Shown piece after piece: positions 1 to 7,867 of a DNA stretch of 17,782 nt (positions are counted from its first letter, which is position 1; each line of letters opens with the position of its first letter). Source of the stretch: Bdellovibrionales bacterium (lineage in GTDB: Bacteria > Bdellovibrionota > UBA1018 > CAIMNF01). The position numbers and the translations under genes were made by a program. The stretch covers positions 1-17,782 of the forward strand of contig JBEIJY010000039.1 in NCBI GenBank assembly GCA_040380025.1, in the 5' to 3' direction. The notes below the pieces were generated by a model. It ran no database searches and was not told the origin of the DNA. It worked only from the letters and a program-made list of their open reading frames with translations.

Positions 1-105
1 CCTCGCTTTCGCCATCCTGGCTCGCGAGAGTCGGCAAAACCTTTTTGTTTCCCAGCCCCTTTCCCGAAACACCGTACTGATCAAGAACACTCAAAGGGTG
101 CAGTT
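1..105 (-). mobile_element. Partial copy (truncated by window start) of the ~200-bp palindromic MITE-like element
   Basis: Reverse complement of 1-105 matches 16141-16245 at 101/105 positions by manual alignment and stops at the same terminal AACTG. Confidence 0.9.
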
Positions 106-114
106 CATTCTCGC

Positions 115-131
115 TGTCGAAACTCTCGACA
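115..131. promoter_or_regulatory. Palindromic operator, candidate upstream activator site for a sigma54 enhancer-binding protein
   Basis: TGTCGA-aactc-TCGACA, a perfect 6-bp dyad about 85 bp upstream of the -24/-12 motif at 215-230. Confidence 0.55.
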
Positions 132-214
132 CCTGCAAACCGGATTCGGGTTTGGATTCATTCGAGTTCGTTGATTTTTGTGTTCGGATCGCGTTTTAGG
201 CCGGAATGAAGGTT

Positions 215-230
215 TGGCACGCCCTGTGCT
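215..230 (+). promoter_or_regulatory. Sigma54 (RpoN) -24/-12 promoter
   Basis: TGGCACGccctGTGCT versus consensus TGGCACG-N4-TTGCW, with exact GG-N10-GC spacing; 36 nt upstream of ATG 267, RBS-like GAGGGA at 253-258. Confidence 0.75.
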
Positions 231-266
231 TCTCTTTGGGGTGAGAGTGAAAGAGGGAAGACGGTT

Positions 267-872
267 ATGAAAACAGTTCAAGCTTTGACCATGCTGACGA
301 TCGCAGCCGTGCTGAGCGCATGCGGGAGCAGCACCACTGTGGATTCGAATTTGAATTCCAGCGGATTCGGCGGGAGCGGCGGTGCCTCCGGGCAGTTCTC
401 CGGCAACTGGATGAATCTCCCCCTTGCTCCGAACTTTACCGATACCATCTACGGTTCCGCATCGGCTCAACACGGCGGATTCAATCCATCCGCTCAGTTC
501 CGGGTCAAGATCACCCCGCAACCCGCAGTGTCTCTTCCTCAGGCCCCTGGTTGGACTTTTCCGTATGGCTGCGTGAGCGTCACCGTACGAGTGAACAACG
601 TGACCCAGACCACGGCGGTGCTTCGTGTGGCCGGCGTGACCCAGAATCCGAACAGCCAGTGCGCGAATGCTCCCACCTCGCAGATTCTTGATTTCTCGAA
701 TGCCATGACGGGTGCGAACTCGGTCAGCGTGAGGGTTTCGAACCCCCAGTACGACAACTGCCGGACGAATCAGCCCCATCAGTACGGATGTTCGATGTCG
801 GCGGTATGGACGGGACACGTCGTCCGGATCCGGACCGACGTTCAGCCCGACGGCTACTGGCTCGATCCGTAA
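267..872 (+). CDS. Uncharacterised lipoprotein (201 aa), Gly/Ser linker plus beta-rich domain with 4 mature Cys
   Basis: MKTVQALTMLTIAAVLSA|C lipobox (LSAC), RBS and promoter upstream, G/C-ending codons. Confidence 0.85.
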   Translation: MKTVQALTMLTIAAVLSACGSSTTVDSNLNSSGFGGSGGASGQFSGNWMNLPLAPNFTDTIYGSASAQHGGFNPSAQFRVKITPQPAVSLPQAPGWTFPYGCVSVTVRVNNVTQTTAVLRVAGVTQNPNSQCANAPTSQILDFSNAMTGANSVSVRVSNPQYDNCRTNQPHQYGCSMSAVWTGHVVRIRTDVQPDGYWLDP

Positions 873-929
873 GCGGCGTAAACTGTTTCAATCTTTTTCT
901 CAACTGTCCATAACCTGTCCCTGAACGCT

Positions 930-944
930 TCTCTCTCTCTCTCT
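930..944. repeat. (TC)7 dinucleotide microsatellite
   Basis: tctctctctctctct read directly, just 5' of the 950-990 hairpin. Confidence 0.85.
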
Positions 945-949
945 TGTTG

Positions 950-990
950 CAAAGCCGGTTTTCCGGGGTGGTCCCGGGGGGCCGGCTTTG
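950..990 (+). terminator. 18-bp RNA hairpin, probable terminator or insulator after the 267-872 gene
   Basis: caaagccggttttccggg-gtggt-cccggggggccggctttg: 14 Watson-Crick plus 4 consecutive U-G pairs, fully paired only on the + strand. No long U tract follows. Confidence 0.55.
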
Positions 991-1010
991 TGCGTATGTG
1001 GCGAATGATT

Positions 1011-1037
1011 TCAGTTTTTACTCGCTCTTTCCGATCA
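1011..1037 (+). promoter_or_regulatory. Sigma28 (FliA)-like promoter
   Basis: TCAG-N15-TCCGATCA versus consensus TAAA-N15-GCCGATAA; 20 nt upstream of ATG 1058. Confidence 0.55.
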
Positions 1038-1057
1038 AGAGAAAGGGAGCGTGCTTC

Positions 1058-2476
1058 ATGTCCAAAGTCCGAAAACAGAGGTTCATTCTTGGCTTCACGG
1101 TCGCGGCTTTTCTTCCGATCTTTTTGATCACGGGCTGCTCCAACAGGACGCAAACCGGTGGGGTGGAGGGGGGGGGCGCCTCCAACCTGATCTCCAATCT
1201 CTTCGACCCGGTCGCGACCCCCACGAGCACACCCTCATTTACGGTGACGGTGACTGCGACGAATGCGTCCTTGTCTCTTCCGGATGAATCTCCGCAAGTG
1301 GTTTCGGGGCAAACTTTGCAGGTTCCGGTGATTCCGGAACCGTACCACACCCTCGTGAATACCGTTTCCGGAACTTGTCCCTCGGGATCGTGGAATAATA
1401 ACACCTATACGACCGGCGCCATCACGACGGACTGCACACTGGAGCTCAGGGCGCTCCCTCTTGCACAAGCGATCGCCTCGGGAGAAAAGCACAATTGTGT
1501 CATCATGGCGGGAGGGTTGAAGTGTTGGGGAAAGAATACGTACGGTCAGCTCGGTAATGATTCCACGCTCCAAAGTACCACTCCGGTTCCGGTGCCGGGG
1601 CTTGATTCTCGCGTTACTGCAATCGCGGCAGGGACAAATCACACCTGCGCAGTCAAAAACGGAGAAGCGTGGTGTTGGGGGAGAAATCATCTCGGACAAT
1701 TGGGAAATGGGTCTACTGTGGATAGTTTGATTCCGGTTCAGGTAAGTAGTCTCACCGGGGTATCTGCAATCTCTGCGGGGTTGAATCACTCGTGCGCGAT
1801 CGCAAATGGCCGGACATATTGTTGGGGTGTGAATGCCCAGAGGCAATTGGGAGATGGAACAACAAACAATTCAAACATTCCAGTGGAAGCCACGATCGTC
1901 ACACCCGGGGGCGTAGCGGTGACGGTAACAGCCGGCGGGTATCATTCTTGTGCGACCCAAACCCCGAATCATACCGCACAATGCTGGGGTTGGAATATCT
2001 CTGGTCAGCTCGGAAATCTGCCGGGTGTGACCGGAGTTTCTGCAATCGCGGCCGGAGGCAATCATAGCTGTGCGGTCGTCAATGGTGAAGCCCGGTGTTG
2101 GGGGGCAAATGCCAATGGCCAAACCGGGAGCTTGGCGGCTCTCGGCACCGGGGTTACGGCAATTGCGGCAGGATCCCTGCATTCGTGCGCCATTGTGGGG
2201 AGCGGGGTTTGGTGTTGGGGAAGCAACTCATCAGGCCAGTCGGGTGGGCTGGTCCCTGCTCCCCTTGCATACCCGAACAGCATGCCGAATCCGAACTCGA
2301 TTGCGGGACTTGCTCCGGCAGCAACGGCAATCGCAGCCGGGAGTGCCCATACCTGTGCGATCGTGAGCGGCGCCGTCTTTTGTTGGGGTTTGAATGACTT
2401 GGGACAACTCGGCAACTCTACCAATAGTCTTACTTTGAATCCGGTGCCGGTTCGGGTCCAGGAGATCGGCGAGTGA
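1058..2476 (+). CDS. Lipoprotein with an N-terminal InlB-B-repeat-like domain and a 7-bladed RCC1/BLIP-II beta-propeller (472 aa)
   Basis: Start moved from 944 to ATG 1058 (RBS AAGGGAG, signal MSKVRKQRFILGFTVAAFLPIFLITG|C). Seven repeats of AIAAGxxHxCA..xCWGxNxxGQLG. VSGTCPSGSWNNNTYTTGAITTDCTL resembles divergent InlB B-repeat domains. Confidence 0.9.
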   Translation: MSKVRKQRFILGFTVAAFLPIFLITGCSNRTQTGGVEGGGASNLISNLFDPVATPTSTPSFTVTVTATNASLSLPDESPQVVSGQTLQVPVIPEPYHTLVNTVSGTCPSGSWNNNTYTTGAITTDCTLELRALPLAQAIASGEKHNCVIMAGGLKCWGKNTYGQLGNDSTLQSTTPVPVPGLDSRVTAIAAGTNHTCAVKNGEAWCWGRNHLGQLGNGSTVDSLIPVQVSSLTGVSAISAGLNHSCAIANGRTYCWGVNAQRQLGDGTTNNSNIPVEATIVTPGGVAVTVTAGGYHSCATQTPNHTAQCWGWNISGQLGNLPGVTGVSAIAAGGNHSCAVVNGEARCWGANANGQTGSLAALGTGVTAIAAGSLHSCAIVGSGVWCWGSNSSGQSGGLVPAPLAYPNSMPNPNSIAGLAPAATAIAAGSAHTCAIVSGAVFCWGLNDLGQLGNSTNSLTLNPVPVRVQEIGE

Positions 2477-2477
2477 A

Positions 2478-3494
2478 TCAATGATTTCCCCGGCGGATCA
2501 CCTGGGATTTTTCGAACTCGCGGATTCCCTCGAAGGTCTTCATCCGGATCGGGCAGTCGAGGAACGAGCACTGCGCGCAGTATTCCCGCTCGCAGGGGTC
2601 GATGTGGGTGTGCACCACCGAATCATGACCGAGCTTCTGCATGAGATCGCCCGCAAAGCGGTCGGACTCGTCATGGGCCTCCTTGATCGATAAAAACTCG
2701 GGCACCACCACATGAAGGTCCACATGCTTGTCCCGCCCGAACTGCTGCGCGCGAAGCTCATGCGCAGTGATGATCGACCGGCGAGGAATCTCGTTCAGGT
2801 GCCGCACGATCCGGTCGATGAGCGCCGGATTCTGCGCATCGAGGAGAGCGCCCGCGGAATCGCGCACCAGGTGGAATCCCGTCCGGAACAGAAACGCGGC
2901 GACTCCCATCGCAAGGACGGGATCGAGCCAGTTCCAGCCTGTCCAGAGCACAAGGAACAATCCCGCTCCGAGCACGACGGTCGACATGAGATCCGTCAGC
3001 AGGTGGATCCCGTCGGCAACGAGAATCTGGGAATGATGGCGCTTTCCGGTCGCGTAGATGATGATCCCGAGCACGCCGTTCAAGGCGCCGGCGATCAGGT
3101 TCAGCTTCAACCCGTGATCGAGGTCATCGAGCAGCTCGTGACGGAAGATCCGCACCACGGTGTCGACGACGATCAAAAATCCTGCAAGCGAGATCAGTCC
3201 GCCCTCGAAGGCCTGCGCGAAGTACTCGATTTTTCCGTGTCCGTAGGGATGGTCATGGTCCGCGGGCTTCTCGGCGAACAGGATGGATCCGAGCCCGAAG
3301 GCCGCGGCAAGAACATTCACGGTGCTCTCGAGCGCATCCGAACGAAGCGCTGAGGAGTCGGCGATTCGCGCCGCATGGATCTTGAGCGCAAGGATGAAAA
3401 GACTCCCGAGAAGGGACAAAAGAATCGCGGCGAGACGGATGCGCCGGGGCGAGGAATCGTCGAAGTCGTGCTCGTCGTGGGAGTGTCCGTGCAT
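2478..3494 (-). CDS. Cation diffusion facilitator (FieF/YiiP-like) with His-rich N-terminus and C-terminal Cys4 motif
   Basis: SALRSDALESTVN (TM2), PADHDHPYGHGKIEY, ADGIHLLTD (TM5), LSIKEAHD, HTHIDP dimerisation-domain end, then CEREYCAQCSFLDC. Confidence 0.95.
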   Translation of the reverse strand: MHGHSHDEHDFDDSSPRRIRLAAILLSLLGSLFILALKIHAARIADSSALRSDALESTVNVLAAAFGLGSILFAEKPADHDHPYGHGKIEYFAQAFEGGLISLAGFLIVVDTVVRIFRHELLDDLDHGLKLNLIAGALNGVLGIIIYATGKRHHSQILVADGIHLLTDLMSTVVLGAGLFLVLWTGWNWLDPVLAMGVAAFLFRTGFHLVRDSAGALLDAQNPALIDRIVRHLNEIPRRSIITAHELRAQQFGRDKHVDLHVVVPEFLSIKEAHDESDRFAGDLMQKLGHDSVVHTHIDPCEREYCAQCSFLDCPIRMKTFEGIREFEKSQVIRRGNH

Positions 3495-3500
3495 GGCGGA

Positions 3501-4610
3501 TCAGGTGCCCCCGAAGGAGAACTTCACAAAGGTGGTGACGAGTTCAAAAAGGATCAGGACCACGATCGTGACCTCGAGCCAGAGACTCCGTGCGGTGTTC
3601 ACCTCGCCCTGAAGGAGTTCGGACAGGTTCGAGAAAATATTGATCTTGCGGCTGATGTTCGCCTCCCACTCGGGAATCCGGAACTGCTCGCCCGCTCCGC
3701 GGAAGATCTTGGCCAGATAAAAATCCCCGACCACCTTGAAGGAGTTGTCGACCCGCTCGATGAACTCCGAGAATTCGATGTATCGTGCCGAAGCCTCGCG
3801 CGAGAGGTGGTAAAAACGATTGCTGAAGGAGCGCGATCGCGACTCCTCGATCGCATCATAAAGGGTGGAGAGGCGTTCATCGAGAAGCCCGTCGTAATAG
3901 CGCATCTCCATCATGTGGGTCAGAACGAACTCGATGACCTCCGGCACTTCTTTTTTTCCGGAGGGCTCGATCACGAGCGCGCTGTTCCAATCGATTACCG
4001 TCAGGTCGTTCTCGGCGTATTGAAACGTCCCTTCATCGAGAATCCCGCGACGCGAGATCTCCGAGAGTCGCGTATGGGGCTCGGCCAGAATGAGGCGGGC
4101 GATGTCGGCGCGCTCGAAAAGCTCGGAGGCCTTCGAGATCCCGTTCAGCTCCTCGAAGAAAAAGATCACGTAGTCTTCGATTTCATCCCAGTGGTGCGGA
4201 TCGCGGAGCGCATCGCCGAGCAGGGTCACGAGCTCGCGGGAGCGCGAGCGGGCCTTTTCGTCGATCTGGGTGTCGAGCTCGATTTTCGAGGCGAGATCGA
4301 CCAGGGCATCCCAATCCGTTCCTGCTTCGAGCGGAATCTGGAACAAGATCGAGAGAACTCCGTAGTCCCAGATCTTCGCGAACACCTCGGCGCGGTGGGT
4401 GATTCCATGCAAGGAGATCTCCGTCTCGCCCATCGAGAGGGTGACGGGTGCGTTCCGCATGATCACGACCTGTTTTGGGGAGAGGGTGAAGCGAAGTCGC
4501 GCGCCGGAGCCGCCGGAACGGAGAACCTCTTCGACCCTTTGAAGATTCACCTCTTCGGCGATGTCAAAAACCCGATAGATGAGGACGGATCCTTTTTGTA
4601 CCGTGATCAT
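3501..4610 (-). CDS. RMD1/DUF155-like protein with one C-terminal transmembrane helix
   Basis: N-terminal FDIAEEVNL, DYGVLSI, helical MRYYDGLLD region, and C-terminal LEVTIVVLILFEL resembling the RMD1 tail. Start overlaps the upstream stop (TGATG). Confidence 0.7.
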   Translation of the reverse strand: MITVQKGSVLIYRVFDIAEEVNLQRVEEVLRSGGSGARLRFTLSPKQVVIMRNAPVTLSMGETEISLHGITHRAEVFAKIWDYGVLSILFQIPLEAGTDWDALVDLASKIELDTQIDEKARSRSRELVTLLGDALRDPHHWDEIEDYVIFFFEELNGISKASELFERADIARLILAEPHTRLSEISRRGILDEGTFQYAENDLTVIDWNSALVIEPSGKKEVPEVIEFVLTHMMEMRYYDGLLDERLSTLYDAIEESRSRSFSNRFYHLSREASARYIEFSEFIERVDNSFKVVGDFYLAKIFRGAGEQFRIPEWEANISRKINIFSNLSELLQGEVNTARSLWLEVTIVVLILFELVTTFVKFSFGGT

Positions 4611-5443
4611 CAGAGACTCACGGCGAGTTCGCTGTACAGGGTGGCGGTGTCGAAGCCGAGCCGCTCGGTGTAAAACTTGATCGCGGTCGTGAGACTGACA
4701 TGGGATCCGATCGAGAAGTTCGGGCCGGTGTTGAAGGAGTCCCCGCCCGCCTGATTGAAGTCATAGGTGACCGCACTATACCTGTGAGCAGCGTCGAACT
4801 CACCCTGCAGCAGCCATTGGACATTCGGAAGAACATCGACACTGATCGCGGGCTCGAGCGCCACGACGAAGTCGGTCTGCTCGGAGGGATCCTTGAAGAA
4901 ATGCGAGGTGAATTTCGTGCTGGCCGAGAAGTTCCAGTTCCGGAGCGGGGTCTTGAAGTTCCAGTTCAACGCACCCCGGACGGCGAGGAGCTTGCCCGCG
5001 TTCCGCGAGCGTTCCGAGGTCGGGTAGTAGACGATGAACTGCCCTTGGATCTCGACATGATCGGTTTCGACCATCTTCCCCCAGCTCACGTAATTCGAAA
5101 GGTCCGCGAATTGGAACTGTTTTTGGGGATCGAGCGGCGCGAAGCCGGTCACGGTCACGCCGAGCACGACCCGTTTCGATACCGCGTATCCCAACCGGAA
5201 CATATTGAACAAACTGGTGTAGTCGGCCTCGGGGTCATTCACGCCCTGGGTTTTGGCGAGATCGAAATTCGTGAATCTCGGCCCGTCATAGACCATCAGA
5301 TACAGCATTCTGATGTTGTCGGTCCAGGCGGGCTTCTTTTCGGCCTTCGCTTTCTTGACCGAAGTTCCCTGGGCGAGGACAGGCGCGGGGAGAACCGCCC
5401 CACTCAAAATCAGAAACATCAGGCCCAAAGAGAAACTTTTCAT
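4610..5443 (-). CDS. Putative outer-membrane beta-barrel protein (277 aa)
   Basis: Start placed at ATG 5443 (MKSFSLGLMFLILSGAVLPAPVLA|QG Sec signal). Alternating hydrophobic/aromatic strands throughout, terminal strand LYSELAVSL. The barrel call is inference. Confidence 0.65.
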   Translation of the reverse strand: MKSFSLGLMFLILSGAVLPAPVLAQGTSVKKAKAEKKPAWTDNIRMLYLMVYDGPRFTNFDLAKTQGVNDPEADYTSLFNMFRLGYAVSKRVVLGVTVTGFAPLDPQKQFQFADLSNYVSWGKMVETDHVEIQGQFIVYYPTSERSRNAGKLLAVRGALNWNFKTPLRNWNFSASTKFTSHFFKDPSEQTDFVVALEPAISVDVLPNVQWLLQGEFDAAHRYSAVTYDFNQAGGDSFNTGPNFSIGSHVSLTTAIKFYTERLGFDTATLYSELAVSL

Positions 5444-5469
5444 ATAAGGTAATACTAACGGCAAACCAA

Positions 5470-7833
5470 ATGACTACGCAAACTCTTCCAATCGACCCCT
5501 TCCTACCTCAAATCGAGGCCGCAGTACAGTCCCATTCGACATTGGTCGTCATTGCCGAGCCGGGAGCGGGAAAATCCACCCGCGTTCCGGTGGCGCTTTC
5601 CCGATCTTCCCAAGGAACCTGGATCGTTCTCCAGCCAAGACGTTGGGCCGCCAGAATGGTGGCGGGGCGGATCGCCTCCGAAAATTCTTTTCGTTTAGGA
5701 GAAGAGGTGGGCTATCAGGTCCGCTTCGAGAGCAAGGCCTCCTCCCGAACGCGCATTCTCCTCATGACCGAAGGTCTGCTCCTTCGGCGTTTGTTGGATG
5801 ATCCCGAGCTTTCCGGTGTGGACGGGGTGATTCTGGACGAGTTCCACGAGCGGAGCCTCGATCTGGATCTCGGGCTTGCGCTCCTGAAGGAGATTCAAAG
5901 CGGGTTCCGGCCTGATCTGAAGCTCGTCTTGATGTCGGCGACTCTCGATCCCGCCCCGCTCGAACGGTATCTGCCCGGGGCCAAGGTATTCCGCATCCCG
6001 GGGCGGGTGTTTCCGGTCGAGCGGCGGTATCTCGACACCCGCGATCTGCCCTCTGCGGTCGGCAGTGTTTTGCCCGAGTCCGGGGATGTGCTCGTTTTTT
6101 TGCCCGGCGCCTATGAGATCGAAAAAGCGGTGCGGGAGCTCTCGGAATGGACCAGACGCGAGAAGCTCCGGGAGTTCGATGTTCTGCCCCTGTACGCGAG
6201 TCTTCCCGAAGACCGCCAACGCGAGGTGTTCCGCGAGACCGGCCGGCGGAAGATCATCTGCGCGACCAACATTGCCGAGACCTCGCTGACCCTTCCCGGG
6301 ATTCGCGCTGTGGTCGATTCGGGGCTCCAGAAGGTCATGCGGATGGATCCCGCGCTCGGGCTGGATCGTCTCGAGACGCTCCGGGTGAGTCGGGCCGCGG
6401 CCGATCAGCGCGCCGGAAGAGCGGGCCGCGTGAGTGCCGGGGTCGCGCTCCGGCTCTGGAGCGCGGGAGAGCAAGAACAGCTCCGGCACTTTGAAACACC
6501 CGAGATCCATCGCGTGAACCTCGGAAAAGCGATTCTCACGCTGACCGAGTTCGGGGTCCGGGACTTTTCGGCCTTCGATTGGTTCGAGAAACCCAAGCGT
6601 TCGATGCTGGATTTTGCGCGGGAGGAGCTTCTGAGCCTCGGGTTCCTCGATTCTTCGGGTGCGATCACCGCCGATGGCCGGCGCGCGCTTCGTCTTCCTC
6701 TTGCGCCCCGGATCGCGGCCATCGTGATCGAATCGCAGAAGTCCTCGTGCGCGGGCTTCGGGGCGCGCCTGGGCGCACTCCTCGATTCGATTTCCAAGGA
6801 CGAGCGCATCCGCGACGAAGAGGGGTTCTTGCATCGCCTGAACCGGCTCACTCCGGCCGAGATGCGGGTGGCCCGTCAAATCGAAGGACGGGATGCGATT
6901 CCCGAGCTCAGCATGGATCACTTTTCGCATTATGAACGCGTTCTGATCCGCACCGGTGCCTCGCGAATTTGCGTTTCGGGGCGAATTCCCGGACGCCGGC
7001 GCGTGCGCGCGCGCGAAGGCGTGCTCCCCGAGGTCGCGCTTTTGCTCTCGGCGATCGATCAGGGCGATGTGATCGCTTCATCGTGGGTGCCGCTCTCGAA
7101 GGCATCCTTGCACGAGTTCGCGAGCCGGAAGCGCCGGGTGTTCTTCGACACGGACTCGGGCCGGGTCCGTGCGGTGGAAGGAGTGTTTTTTTTGGATCTC
7201 GAGCTTTCGCCGCTCACCGAGGCACCGGTGAAGCGGGAGGAGGCGCAAGCCGCGCTCACCGAGCATCTGTTGAAGAATCCCGAGGCGCGCTTGCCGGATT
7301 CGCCCGTGCTACGCCGGTTTCTGGCGCGCATGGCATTCATGAATCGCGTGCGCGGCGAGGCGGGCGAGGAGCCGGTGGGGATTCCCTGGGAGGAGCTGGT
7401 GCCGGTCTTGGTCGCGGGAAAAACCCGACTCGAAGAGATCGAGGCAGGCGAGGTGATCCGCATGATCGAGGGGATGCTCTCGCGCCGGGATTCGGAGCGA
7501 CTTCATGCGTTCGCGCCTGACAAGATCGAAGTGCCGAGCGGAAGCTGGATTCCGGTCGAATACGATTCTGATCCGCCACGGCTCGCAGTGCGACTCCAAG
7601 AGGTGTTCGGATGGCTCGATACCCCGAAAATCGCCGAAGGGCGCGTGGCGCTCCTGCTCGAACTTCTTTCGCCCGGCTTCAAGCCCATGCAGGTGACGCG
7701 CGATTTGAAGAGTTTTTGGGCCTCTGCGTATTTTGAGGTCAAAAAAGAGCTGAAGGCACGTTACCCCCGGCACTCCTGGCCGGAAGATCCCCTGACGGCG
7801 AAGCCCGAGGCGAAGGGCCGGAGAAGAGGGTAG
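5470..7833 (+). CDS. hrpB: ATP-dependent DEAH-box RNA helicase HrpB
   Basis: AEPGAGKST, QPRR, DEFHER, MSAT, ATNIAETSLT, QRAGRAGR, plus the HrpB C-terminal domain (RLQEVFG..ELLSPG..QVTRDLKSFW..YFEVKKELKARYPRHSWPEDP). Confidence 0.97.
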   Translation: MTTQTLPIDPFLPQIEAAVQSHSTLVVIAEPGAGKSTRVPVALSRSSQGTWIVLQPRRWAARMVAGRIASENSFRLGEEVGYQVRFESKASSRTRILLMTEGLLLRRLLDDPELSGVDGVILDEFHERSLDLDLGLALLKEIQSGFRPDLKLVLMSATLDPAPLERYLPGAKVFRIPGRVFPVERRYLDTRDLPSAVGSVLPESGDVLVFLPGAYEIEKAVRELSEWTRREKLREFDVLPLYASLPEDRQREVFRETGRRKIICATNIAETSLTLPGIRAVVDSGLQKVMRMDPALGLDRLETLRVSRAAADQRAGRAGRVSAGVALRLWSAGEQEQLRHFETPEIHRVNLGKAILTLTEFGVRDFSAFDWFEKPKRSMLDFAREELLSLGFLDSSGAITADGRRALRLPLAPRIAAIVIESQKSSCAGFGARLGALLDSISKDERIRDEEGFLHRLNRLTPAEMRVARQIEGRDAIPELSMDHFSHYERVLIRTGASRICVSGRIPGRRRVRAREGVLPEVALLLSAIDQGDVIASSWVPLSKASLHEFASRKRRVFFDTDSGRVRAVEGVFFLDLELSPLTEAPVKREEAQAALTEHLLKNPEARLPDSPVLRRFLARMAFMNRVRGEAGEEPVGIPWEELVPVLVAGKTRLEEIEAGEVIRMIEGMLSRRDSERLHAFAPDKIEVPSGSWIPVEYDSDPPRLAVRLQEVFGWLDTPKIAEGRVALLLELLSPGFKPMQVTRDLKSFWASAYFEVKKELKARYPRHSWPEDPLTAKPEAKGRRRG

Positions 7834-7850
7834 CCCGGACGGGCGGGCTC

Positions 7851-7859
7851 TGCTAGAGT
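7851..7859 (+). promoter_or_regulatory. Extended -10 element for pepA
   Basis: TGcTAGAGT (TGnTAnnnT) ending 8 nt before ATG 7868. Confidence 0.4.
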
Positions 7860-7867
7860 TCGAGGTC

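Noticed and set aside
944..1057. Longer N-termini in the ORF track (944, 5464, 11562, 13454, 17637)
   Set aside because: Downstream ATGs put the signal peptides at the N-terminus, and several extensions run through promoter, hairpin or neighbouring-gene sequence.
1470..2420. CRISPR array or DGR template/variable repeat in the repetitive RCC1 region
   Set aside because: Repeats are degenerate in-frame protein blades without adenine-specific differences; no cas or reverse transcriptase gene is present.
7832..7849. Small hairpin AGCCC...GGGCT after hrpB as an intrinsic terminator
   Set aside because: Short stem with no U tract.
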